This document shows positions 47,056 through 58,962 of a DNA stretch of 64,000 nucleotides, in pieces. The DNA lies in assembly GCA_012026655.1 (NCBI GenBank), contig JAAILG010000472.1, forward strand, positions 1-64,000, read 5' to 3'. A program made the translations under genes and the position numbers. Positions within the stretch are counted from its first letter, which is position 1; every line of letters starts with the position of its first letter. The notes under the pieces were generated by a model. It saw only the letters and a program-made list of their open reading frames with translations, ran no database searches and was not told where the DNA came from. The stretch is from Hydrolagus affinis. Lineage: Eukaryota.

Positions 47056-48759
47056 CAAAGTTGTGCCTGACTTTAGAGCTTTCACCCAGGGAAAAATGTT
47101 TGCTGGTGAAATGCTGATGCTTAAGGTACTGAATGAAGATTGTTATGTGTGACCTGGAATCCATCACTTCAACCAGCTGGGCTCAGAACCTCACTTGAGT
47201 AAAATTAAACTGTTACATCCATCATGGATGTATGGGAAATACAGACTGGATGGCAAATCACTTTCAGATGTGTTGTAACAAAAGCACCTTGTTAAAGCGT
47301 GCAGTGTCCGTTTTTATGAACCAACATAAATCAATTTGTAACCAATGGCCGCCCGCGCCCAGGATTGCTTTGTTTGCCACATCTCGTAAATCATAACCCC
47401 AGTTGTAAGTATTAAAGATGAAGGGAAATGCTGTCCTTTTAAACCTGAGAGCCATGTGCAACTAACTGTTCCTATTTCTGACCTCGGGAAAATACACTGT
47501 GGAGAAAAGATGCTTTGAGCTCGTTAAACTGCAGAACTTGTCATGGATTCAGCTTCTCCCATTTAACCATCAAACCTCCCATCAATCTTCTCGCTTTCAC
47601 TGCTCAACACAGATTCGCGGGTGATATTTCTGGTGTCTGGAGCTATCGCACAGAAACTGGCACCTTTAACTAGCACCTTTCACATAGGCCAAAAACAAGT
47701 CGCATCTATATAGAGCCCTTTTTCTACCCTCATACCTGCCACACCATTGGGGGCCAGGCTTCTGCCCTCACTATCTGGAACTCCTTGATGGAATTCTTTG
47801 GCTCCCTCTCTACCACCCACCCTGCCTCCTGTACCTCTTTGACAGCGTTTTGGTCATCGTTCCCCTCCCCACCCACCTTGTTAGCTCAAGTACCAATCTA
47901 ATATGAGGGGCACGATATCAATATAAACTTGTATTTCTATTGAATTCATTTTGCACTCCTCCCTCACCAGATCCAATTATCTGGAATTCTGGGCCTCTCA
48001 GCATTTTGAAGATGTGGACCACACCTGCGGCAATTTTCATGCTTGTCACTTCACGACAGGCAAGTCATCTGGTGCCGCAGGATGTTAGTGGATTAATGTG
48101 CTGTTCTGCACAACAGTAAAATGTTGGCTCGCCCCCTCATTACGCAAACCATGTTCTGATCTTGACTAATCGAGAGAGGCAAGTGGGATGCCTCCCACAC
48201 CTGCGTACTGGTATTACAAGCATTCTCCGGCTCACACTCACCGAGCAGCATTGGTGGAGGCCAGCAAGTGGGTTGTGTAACACAAGGGGGGAATTTTGTC
48301 AGAAGTCAGAAATTGCTAAGAGCAACCGATCGATGCGTAAAATGTTACTTTTTGTGTTTCCTACACCGAGTGTTAGTTTAGTTTCTGAAGCCAACTCCTC
48401 ACTCTATGCATTGCTTGAAACTATTAGAGGCTTGAAACTTATCAGAGACAGCTGGAGATAGTCAGTTGGGTAGGGAGTCCTTTCAAATAAGCTCATAAAG
48501 AATTTCATGACTGCTTTATGTCCTCCATGGTATAGAATGAAGTGGGGAATATCCCAGCTTTTAACTTTAACTATTTATGGAGTTGGACAGAATATATACA
48601 TGGGTGTTATTCTTGGCTCTCACCTTGGAAATTGTTTGTGTTTTCTATTGCCCCCTCTTTCTTCCCCTTTTCCCCTCCTTCCCCTGTCTTTTCCCGTCAA
48701 AATCATCGCAATAATGTTGTTTCCAATCCATTTTTTGACGGGTGAGCAATTCACGGCTA

Positions 48760-48945
48760 CAACTTGCGCTAATACAGCGCCCTCCACCCAGGTTAGCACC
48801 TCAGAGCGCCTAACAGCCCATCTCCAAGCCAGGGGGTGGCGGTGGCTGTCACCAGGGTCGAAAAGGAAGTTTGCAGGCGGGATTTGAAAAAGGGGAGAGG
48901 GGGGTGGCAAGGTGGAGGGATTGAGGGAGAGTGCTCCAGAGTGAA
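48760..48945 (-). mobile_element. L2 3' fragment
   Basis: ACAACTTGCGCTAATACAGCGCC tail; minus ORF contains FLFDPG. Confidence 0.6.
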
Positions 48946-51129
48946 ATAATAACTGTTTTATTGCAATGTGGGTGTGTTTGTTTCCCCCATAAAAGACGCC
49001 TCGCACCCTCAAAACCACTGTATCGCGATGGAACGGCTATTTGGCTCAGGAGCGCGTTCTAAGGTTTCATTTCCCTATTTTGCTGCCAACAAGAGAAATG
49101 TCCTCTCGATCTTTCCAGACAGGAAAGCCCACTGGATTCCATTGGCTTTCAGTTCTTTTTTTATCACTTCACAAGAATGTTCGCTGTCAGATTTCTGATA
49201 GTAAAATATTAAACCTTGCATTTGGTAATAGTGCCTTTCACTTCAGCTGGACATCTCAAAGCACTTTGCAGGATTTCCTGTAACTTGCAGTCACTATATT
49301 TCTTGTGTAGTCGGAGGCAGCAGCTAATTTGCGCACAGCAGTGCCCGACAATGTTGTGAGTAAAAATGATAACTCGCACCAAAATAGCACAAAGTGAAAC
49401 GTTGCCAATATCTGCGGGATGAGATTTCAGTTGGAATCCTCTTGTTATTTGCATTTTACATTTGCCTTCTTCATATTTTTAATGCAATCCCATCTCAAGA
49501 GCAAAGAAGAGAACTTCGCCTTTGTTTCTTTACTCGTCATTTACATAGACCGACCAACGATCAGCTTTACCTGTTCTGAGAATTGAATTGTAGGTGGTTA
49601 TCTCTGTATTCCACTGTTCATTTCAAGAATTGGGGGGGAGATATGTTTCTGGAAACATTGCCTATCTCAAAAAACCTATTTAAGATATTTGCTTAACGTG
49701 TGTCATCTCACTTGACATGCAGCAAGTTTGCTACAATTAGATTATATTTACATATTCCTTGCAAATTGAGTGCCTAGAATCCTCCCACCAGCAATTTAAT
49801 GACCTTGTAATATTGCTCTCCTGTTTAGCATCTGGACATCTTTGAAACAGCTGAATTTTCTGATTGGTAGTCGGTGATTCTTCTGTTAGTACTGTACTTA
49901 GCTTTTATTTTCCCATTATTATTATTGTCATGTTCAACCTGTAACTCTTGGTTACAGGTTGAACATGACAATAATAATAATATTAATCCTTGCATTTGAC
50001 ACAGTGACATGTCACGTCGTCAAGATGTCTCAAAGCGCTTAACAGGACATACTGTAAAGTGGATTGACTGTGTATTTTTGTAGCCATTGTTAAATGTCTC
50101 TGACAGCATCTAGTCTAGACTCTTTGAGTGCAAAGTCCAGGGGACCCACAAACTTCTGAGCCAGCAGCAAGAATGCCACTAACTGTGCCAGGCTCAAACA
50201 TCAAAATAAACAAATCACAAAAACTTGCCAAGCTAAGCCCAAGGCATTGTAAATTTTCAGCATACTGTCGTTTATTTGCATAATGCCACCTTCTGAGGCT
50301 AAAAGCTATAATTTTTACATTCCAGTATATAACACGCTGCAAGTTTTAAAATCACAGTGCTAAACTGTCAGATTGCCTGCTACCTGATCCACCCCTAACA
50401 CCCCTTTCAGATGTCTGCCCAGCAGAAGTAAAGAGCACCTCAACAAACTGGCACTCAAACAGACGTGTTATGTTCAATAGAGCAGTCTTGTACGTAACAG
50501 CCAGTGTAACGCAGAAGCTATGCTGGATTTAAGTTAAGCAGAGAAAGCTATGTATTGCACTACCAGAGAATAGGAAGGGGATGAAAATTGTGGATGTAAC
50601 TATCTACAAAATATGAGCCTCACTTCACACATATACACACACGCGCACACACAAAAAAACCCAACATCAACAAAATTACACTTGTAAACAGTAGTGCCTT
50701 TCACTACTGGAGGATGTCAGGAGGATGTCCCACACCTCATAGCATGATGAAGTGACCTTCAGTTGAATAAACCAGAATGACATTACTAAAAGAGTGCACG
50801 GCAGACTGCACTACCAACACTGAGGCATAAGCGATGTGGGTACTCCATCGCGAGTTTACCTGTAACTAATTCACTCCCGCTCTCCCTCCCTACCTCGCTC
50901 CCTTCCTCCCTGTCCCCCCCCACCCTAGTTTTTTGTCATACTGTGAAGTGCTTCGGGATGCTACCCCACAAGAAGGGCGCTAGATAAATGCCAGTTGTTG
51001 TTGTTGTTCTCCTTCATCCTCCTCTGCTTCACCTCAGTTATCCTCACTCGAGTTCTTACTCTTGAACAAACGGCTGCGTGAAGAGCTTGTCACTTGAGCC
51101 GTGGGCTGAATCACTGCGCACAGAACCTT

Positions 51130-51805
51130 TCATAGAATCATAGAATGTTATGGCACAGAAGGAGGCCATTCGGCCCATCGAGTCTGTGCCGGCTCTTTCA
51201 CTGAGCAAGTCACTTTCATTAACCCCAATCACCAGCTTTCTCCCCATAACCCTGCAAACCCATCTTCCCCAGATACCTATCCAGTTCTCTCTTAAAAGCT
51301 GCTATCGAATCGGACCTCACTACCCTTTCAGGCAGATCATTCCAAATTCGAACAACTCGCTGAGTAAAACATTTCTTCTAACCTCCCCTCTGCTTCTTTT
51401 GGTAGATATCTTAAGACTGTGACCGCGGGTCACAGACACACCTACCAGCGGAAACAGCTTTTCCTATCTAGCCTGTCGAAACCTTTCATGATCTTAAAGA
51501 CCTCTATCAGGTCCCCGCATAACCTTCTCTGTTCTAATGAGAAAAGTCCTAACTTCTCCAGCCTGTCCTCATAGCTAAGGTTTCCCCATTCCTGGTATCA
51601 TTCTCGTGAATCTCCTCTGTACCTTTTCCAGTGCCTTAATGTCCTTCCTGAAGTAAGGTGCCCAGAACTGGGCGCAGTGCTGCAGCTGAGGTCTAACCAG
51701 TGTTTTGTATAGATTAACCATAACCTCCATACTCTTATACTCTATGCCCCTACCGATAAAGCTCAGGACACCAAATGCCTTTTTTTTACTGCCTTATCTA
51801 CCTTT
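51130..51805 (-). mobile_element. CR1 LINE 3' ~0.7 kb, (ATTCTATG)n family
   Basis: Reverse strand reads MVNLYKTLVRPQLQHCAQFWAPYFRKDIKALEKVQRRFTR; tail CATAGAATCATAGAAT. Confidence 0.95.
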
Positions 51806-52419
51806 CGACGCTGGAATAAGTGATGGTTTGGAATGGTCACATTCACAGGAGAATGCAAAATGTGTTTAATAGGATTACTTTGCTGGAGTTTCCTCTCCCC
51901 AAATTCGGGGAGGATAGATGCAAGGCGTTTGTTGGTTTCTGGGAGTGAGGCTGCCTAATATGAGATTATTGAAACCTAGGTCAATGCAGCATGTGCAATT
52001 TATAACTTTATGACACACACACATACACTAAATGTTCTGCCTTTCCCACCATATTGGACTGGAGTGACGAAATGCTTTGCAATGTGCAGTTTCAACTTGT
52101 TCTGCCTAAGGCTTGTGTATAATCATTGTGGGTTTTAATCAAAGTCTGTTTCTTCTGCACTATGTTGGCCTACTGTGGCATTCATTTTGATATTTGGCTT
52201 ATGACTTTATGAAACGCAATCTTAAGTGCGGTTTGCCTCTCTCTTCCCCATGTTTGTGATTGTCTTCCCTTCACGAGCCCCGAATTATCCAGAACTTCAC
52301 AGCCCACATTCTCTCCTGCACTGAGCTTTCACAAGCCCATCACCCTGATCCTCTCTAGGCTCCTTATACCTCAGCAAATTGTTACTGCTGTTATTATCTG
52401 ACTTAGTTTCAGATTCTTA

Positions 52420-52665
52420 GTGTAAATAGGGTCCCACTTGTTAGTCGATTAGCAGATCGCTTTTCCTAGGATAATAATCCTTTAAATAAAAAAATGTGGT
52501 CACTTAATCCACAACCATTTTGGGACACTGCTGGATGCAACTGGTTGACGTGTTTCGCCCACAATATGCAGTCAATTTACTTCAGAGTATATTCTGCGAA
52601 GGTGTTTGAGATGTCTCAAAGTCCTGATAAGGTGCTATGTGAAATGCAAGGCTTAACATTATTTT
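52420..52665 (+). mobile_element. 5'-truncated long-form SINE
   Basis: GTAAATAGGGTCCCACTTGTTAGTCGATTAGCAGATCGC segment, then standard body and tail. Confidence 0.8.
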
Positions 52666-54999
52666 TATATGATGTTTTCTAGCCTCAATTTTGTTCACAG
52701 GTAACATATTCCTGTCCTCAGTTTACCCTAAATTGACATTTTTTTCCCATATAAATGATATGTCTGGAAGCTGAGACCGCAATCCACTCTAATGGTAGTG
52801 TGGAAACTAAAACATTTGGGAAAGATTTTGTAATGAAAGGAACAGGGCTTTTTTTTGATGTTGGAGATAAGTAAGCATTGTTCAATGGACCATTTTTATG
52901 TACAGTGCAAGTGACGGGTGTGCCTAATGTTACAGCCACAATCCCATGTTAGCAAGTGATGGAATTCCACCAGCAGTTACAATTGTAAAACTGTGCAGAG
53001 TTCTCGCCTTGTACAATAGAGTGCAAACACTCCTAAAAGCGAACAAGGCAGATTTGTTCTGTGCACAAACGCTTCTTTAAGGTTGGAAAAAATGATAGTA
53101 TGGGATTTCGGAGAAAGAAACCCTGTAAAATAGTAACGGACATTTTAATGCTGCTTCACTTTTTAAGGGGCAGAATCTTAAGCGGCAGTTCCTCCATCGG
53201 GGGCTTTTGTTTTTATAGTCCGCCTGTTAAAAATCCTGGGCTTTGCCCTTCCTTTCACAGGACGGCGGTTTCCTCTTATGTGGGGGTTTCCTGTGGGATA
53301 CAGTTAAGCCCTACTCGAAAGGAAGTGTGAGGCTTTTTTTTAATTGCATGCTCTTCAGAAAAGTCTCCATAGAGTGGCTGCTTCAGATTTCTCTTCAATT
53401 GGGTTTCCACTCGCAAAGTGAACCGGTATTTTGTTTTTCGCATTCGCTTCCAAGATAGAGGCTATACTCTTCCCAGATCTCCTCCCATTTTGTGGAATGC
53501 TCGTAAAACTGAGCTTTTTCAATGGGGACTGGGGGTGTGGGGGTGGGAGGGAATGAGTAGAATGCTAACCTATGGCTCATTTATAACTTAACCTTGCTGT
53601 AAAACAGCAGGACATTTTAGCATCTTGAATTTCTTACCTCCTTGTATATTTGTTTACACTTTATATATATGTGTGCTTCTAACTGAGCACTTTATGTACA
53701 ATATATGACTTTGACACAAATGGAGCTCAGCAACACATCGTTTTTGTGGTCAATCTCCTCTGTTTGGATAGGTGCCAATCACACATACATATGTGTGTGT
53801 GACTCTCAAGCCCTGACCAGTTTTACATACTTACTGACGTGAATGATGCAAATATATATATTTTTAAAAATTATATCTTATCTGCTGTTTATTGGGCTGT
53901 TCTGAAATCAATCAAGAATAACTGGTTCAGCAAAGACCTCTTTTGTCTTTTGGGAGTGTGGAAATGAGCCTCTCTGGGATTATTGATGGGACATCGCCAC
54001 AACTCATCTGGAAATTATAGGGGTGTGGAGAAAAGGCTTAAGGTAAATGGGACTGAAAGGATTGCTCCTTGAAAGAGCAAGCAAGGATAGATACAATGGG
54101 CTGAATGGCCTCCTTCTGTCCTAATTTTACAGTAATATCATCTGAATAAACTCAGAAACTTCATGTTCAGCACTCAAATGATCGAGGGGAGGAAAGGGAA
54201 ATACTTCAAAACCTATTTTAAAGCTGTTCTTTGAATAAGGAACTGAATATATTTAGAAATGCAGCTCTTATGACCCCATAATCTTGATTTATAAAGAAAC
54301 TACTATCTACGATGGATTCTTCAGTGTCTAAACTCTTTACCAAAATGTTACTAAGTTTTTGCTGCCAATATATAATTAAGGAATCCTGGCATTTGATATA
54401 TGTGGAGAGGATGTGTCAAAGTGCCTTTTCCACATTTATTGTGAAGTATAGTCGATTTGCACATAGTAAAATGGGGTACACTGTGCAGATGATGGTCAAA
54501 TAGGCAAGATCAAAATGGAAGTTATTTCGACGGGATTCAAAACCGCAGGGATCGAGGGAGAGAGTTCCGAATCTTCTGGGCGTAACTGACTGAAAGCGCA
54601 GTGATGAGAGTAACAAGCTCAAGTGACATCTGTTGGTTTAAACAAATGTGTAGCTTCAGACGACACATGTTAATGGTGATGGGGACTGAAGTGTTAAGAT
54701 TATGGCAGAACCTGATACTGTATGCTGCTTGCATGGTACTATTATTGTATGCATGTCTTGTGTTTTTGCTCAGTTGTGCCAACAGGAATTGTCTGCCTAT
54801 AATTTGTCTTTGATGTGTGATCACACAACATTTTAAATGAATGTGGAGCATTTTGCTGCGGGTTTATTGGGTGGCGGGGAGGGTGGGGTGTAAAGTTTGG
54901 GGGAGGTGACCTGAGAAAAGATCCCAGCTGGAAGAGGTTTGGGAAAGATGCTTTGTTCTGTGCCAGGCAATGTTGCAACGTTAACAATCATGTGTGGAT

Positions 55000-55340
55000 T
55001 TCATGTAGCCTTATCAAATTGTTGAAATGGCTTGAATGCTTCACAGGATTTACTGTAAAATATAGTAACTGTATATTTTGTAGCCACACAATCAATGTGC
55101 CTCAAAACATGCATGAAGCGAATGACCAATTTTATCTGGGGGTTGATTGGTCAAGACACTACTCTTTTTCTGTTCGAATTGTGCCATGGGATCTTTAACA
55201 TCCACTTAAACTGCTAGACATGGCCTTAGTTTGACGTCTCAGCCAAGTTACTTAGAATTTATTGGAGCTTTAGCCTTGACTGTGAGCACAGAGTCATGAC
55301 ACAAGGGTTGAACCTGCAACTTTCTGAGCCAGGCTGACAG
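55000..55340 (-). mobile_element. DeuSINE
   Basis: GTGCCATGGGATCTTTAACATCCAC; head TTGAACCTGCAACTTTCTGA. Confidence 0.7.
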
Positions 55341-56799
55341 GCTGTAGATATGTGAGGACTCGCTTTGAGGAATTTTTCTTAAAATTATAGTAGTTTATAC
55401 AATAAAATTTCTACCTGGGACACTGTGCGTCGTCCTTTGTGGATCACACGTTCCGTCTAGTCCGGTAGCTCAAACTAGCAAATCTCATTGTTCGATGTAT
55501 CATGCAACAAGGGTGTTTTTCCTTTTTGGGGGTCTCTGGAAAAAGTGCAGCTTGCACAGAATGTAATTTATTTCAGCATTTTCTGAGGATATGTTCTGAT
55601 GCACGTTTGTTTTACTTTTAAAAGAGCGTGCCAAGAAAAACTATCTCACAAAGGGAAACAAATGTGTTATTATAATGTGTTATTCATATTGACCCCGAGT
55701 TTGACAAAAACAACCACACCTCCTCCACCCACCCTTGCTAAAGGTTGGACGGAGCCTTTCAGTAACAAACCACGATTTTTAGTTGGTTGATAGGAAAATA
55801 AATGTAGATTAACAGAGGGCCTAATCTGCCGGCTAATTCTAATGCCTCCCCAATGTTCCACTGTGATCACTTTAAAGAGCTAATAGAACTTGTCATTTGC
55901 TTTACAAAGGTTCGATTTCCAATTGTGAGACTGTGACTGAAATACAGATGTTTTTCTAAATTGACGCCGTTAAGCTATTTGTTCTCCAGCGATTCGGCTG
56001 CCTGACATGCAACCTTGTCGTAAAAAGAATAGCCGCATTGTGCTATTCAGAAGAAACGCTCATCTGTGTTTAAAATGAGCCTCATTTTCTGTCATTAAAT
56101 GCTGCAATACAATTTGTAGATCATTCCATTGATGACATGTGATCCTTGTGTATAAAGGCTCATTGAAAGATTTCTGATTTCGTTTGGATAACTTGTGCTT
56201 CTGAAAGGCCTTCGGGTGAAATGAACAGCACACGTTTAAATTGATTAAATTCAATCTCACTTTTTATTTTTAAAATGGCAAAAATTCTTCAAAATGCAGT
56301 GATTGGTGTTGAGCTGTAGGCACACACATAGTTTGCTGTTGGGGGTTGGGAGGGAGGTATCCACACATGTCCATCCACCTCCAGAGTGGGATCACTCAAT
56401 ACCGATCACAAACTGGATTCTTGAGAGCTTCAAAGGAAATCATCAGTAGCGCAGAGTTGAGAATGTTGGTAGTCAACCCCTGGTTTACACTGACATAGTT
56501 GATCTGGGCTGGCATGGGAGTAAGTGTGCTATAATTGGTCCTTGTTAGTTTCTGACCGCCCTCTCTCCTTCCCCACTCTTCCCTTCCCCCCACTCCCCTC
56601 CCACAGCCCCACCAGGGTGACTGGTTGATTAGTCTCTCTCTCAATCCCTCCACCTTGCCCCTTCCATCCCCATCTTCAGGTTGTTAAAGTGCTGAAGGAG
56701 AACCAGAACCAGTAATCCCAGCTAGCATACTCGGCCTTGATTCGGGGATTTGAGCCAGTGGGCTCCCTTTTCCATAAACTAAAACTCTATCCACTCAAC

Positions 56800-57018
56800 C
56801 AGGGTGGTCCAACTGGTGGCCTGCGGGCCACATCCAGCCCCTGCTCATCGATTTCATCCATCCCCGCTCACTCCCCTCCCTCCATTTCATCTGGCCTACC
56901 TGCTCCCTCCATAATCCATAAATGTTATGTTAATATTTCTGACAGGGAAACACAAAAATATACCTTATTCTCAAATAGGGCACTCGGCCCCCAGCTACCA
57001 AAGGGTTGGACCACCCTG
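56800..57018. mobile_element. Non-autonomous hAT (Charlie-like) MITE, 219 bp
   Basis: Perfect 14-bp TIRs CAGGGTGGTCCAAC / GTTGGACCACCCTG; subterminal GGCCTGCGGGCCACATCCAGCCC; 8-bp TSD not conserved (CACTCAAC vs CGTTAGAA). Confidence 0.8.
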
Positions 57019-57561
57019 CGTTAGAAACCTTCGGAGCCTCCCACCCCAACATCTTAGTTTAAATTCATCAACTTCTTGTTTGTGGATGACTTGCTAGTCA
57101 CTTGACCGGTTAGTTGGAGTTATCTCAAACACCCTTCCTTCCACTCCTTTTGACCCGACCTACTAACTCCTGTAGAAATTCAGAGAAATCCGTTTTCCGA
57201 TTGTTATCACAATAACTGGGATTCTATCTTGTCTTGAGGAATGTGGTCAGCTGACTGGCTCTTTCACAGTTATGACTTTTTTCTTCTAAAAAAAGAGTCC
57301 TGAGTTTTATTACAGAACAGTTGGCTTTTAGCCAAGCCTAAGGAAGGGAACTGGGTTTCTTATGGTTCTGTGATTTTCTGTTTCAAAGGGGGACGTAAAT
57401 CTAAGTCCTTTTCATTAGAAAGTGAGATCGGAGCTTCATCGGGAATTGAGGTTCACTCTTGATATAAAAATAATACAAATCCTATAATTTGATATAGCGT
57501 CTTATCCAGTGCTTGAGTGTATTCGTTTGCCAGTCTGGTTCTCGTCGGTTGCTAAACTCTC

Positions 57562-58315
57562 ACTCAGCCTGTCAGTTTGATAGCACTTTTACCTCTCGAG
57601 TCAGAATGTTGTGAGTTCAACAACAACAACAAAATGCCATTTGTATCGCGCCTTTCATGTCAGGAGGATATCCCAAGACGCTGGACAGTTCACTGTGTCA
57701 GACCTGAGTTGGGGACGGGTGGGTGGTGGGGGGGGGAAAGGCGGGATTAGGAGATGGTGCCGATGGGACCATTGGAGAAGAGGAGAGTTTTGAGGCGGAA
57801 GGGATGAGATGGAGGGACTGCGGGATGGAGTTGGGAGCAGAGTGGCTAAAGGCTCGCCCGCCAATGGTGGGGCAGGTGGGTCGGGGACGGGAAGCAGGCC
57901 GGAGCCTGCTGAGCGGAGGGGGCGGGCAGCTTGGCATTTTGAGCTCATGTAGTTTGGGCTGATGCTCCAATTCAGTGCTGGTGAAGCACTGCAATGTGGC
58001 AGATGCTATCTTTTGGATATAACATGAAATCGAGGCCCATATGTGTCTGTTCAGGTGGACATTAAAGATCCCATAGCACTAGTGAAGAATAGAGAAGGGA
58101 GTTTCTCCTGGTATCTAATTCTCTCCCTCCCCCACGAGAAATAAATAGCCATTCACTTCTGGTCTGCTTGTCGGACATTGCTATGTGCAAAATTGGTTGC
58201 AGTGTTTGCATAAAAAACATACAGTCACTGCACTTTGAAGGAAATCCTTTGAAGTGCTCTGTGGTATCCTTCTGATGTGAAAGGCTCCCTTTCACATACA
58301 GTACAAGGATTATTG
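57562..58315 (+). mobile_element. DeuSINE split by an antisense L2 fragment
   Basis: Head GAGTCAGAATGTTGTGAGTTCAA; Deu-domain TCAGGTGGACATTAAAGATCCCATAGCACT...GAGAAGGGAGTTTCTCCTGG at ~58051-58110. Confidence 0.8.
57620..57935 (-). mobile_element. L2 ORF2 C-terminus and 3' tail
   Basis: Minus ORFs RPLRSAGSGLLPVP and PTIGGRAFSHSAP; CAACAACAAC tail. Confidence 0.88.
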
Positions 58316-58749
58316 CTCTCGATAGTGTGTGAAACCTGGATTGGTATGAATTTCTTGTATTCTAGGAACATATAAGGATCTGAATGGAAATATCTCAAGT
58401 TAAACCCTAACAGGCAGTCAGAGCCACATCTGATCTTTGACAAAGAATGTTGCAACATTATAATAATAATCCTTGCATTCGATATAGCGCTTTTCACCTG
58501 GGTAAGGGTGACTTCATCAGATATAAATATCTGAAAATAGTACTTCTGTCTCTCTCTTTGAAACACTTTAGCAGCAGACACTTGACTGCTGAGAGGGTAG
58601 TACCTCTCCAAATGGTGCTTTTTAGCTCAGAGGCAATTGAGGTCTGGGCATAAAATCTTTTATATCTTTATGCCCATTTCTCATGCACTAATGCGAAAGG
58701 GAAAAAACAGGGAGAGTGAGGATTTAACCCATCATACATCCAAATCCAC

Positions 58750-58962
58750 CCTGTGGAACTCCATCCCCGAATCTCTCTGCCTTGTCCCCTCCCTCCCCTC
58801 ATTCAAGGTACGTCTCAAGACCCTCCTCTCTGACCATGCCTTCAGCCACACTCCCAAACTTCACCCCTCTTCGATTCCACCCCGCAACCCTTATCTATTC
58901 AACACCTTGGGACATCCTTCTGACGTGAAGGGTGCTATATAAACATAATTTGTTGTTATTAT
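58750..58962 (+). mobile_element. L2 3' end
   Basis: ORF 58637-58942 LWNSIPESLCL.PSLPSFKVRLKTLL.DHAF. Confidence 0.85.

Noticed and set aside
54869-54906. G-run clusters able to form G-quadruplexes (also ~1790-1830, ~53523-53550, ~57711-57745)
   Set aside because: Several lie in L2 3'UTR remnants, such runs are common in vertebrate DNA, and no specific function is indicated
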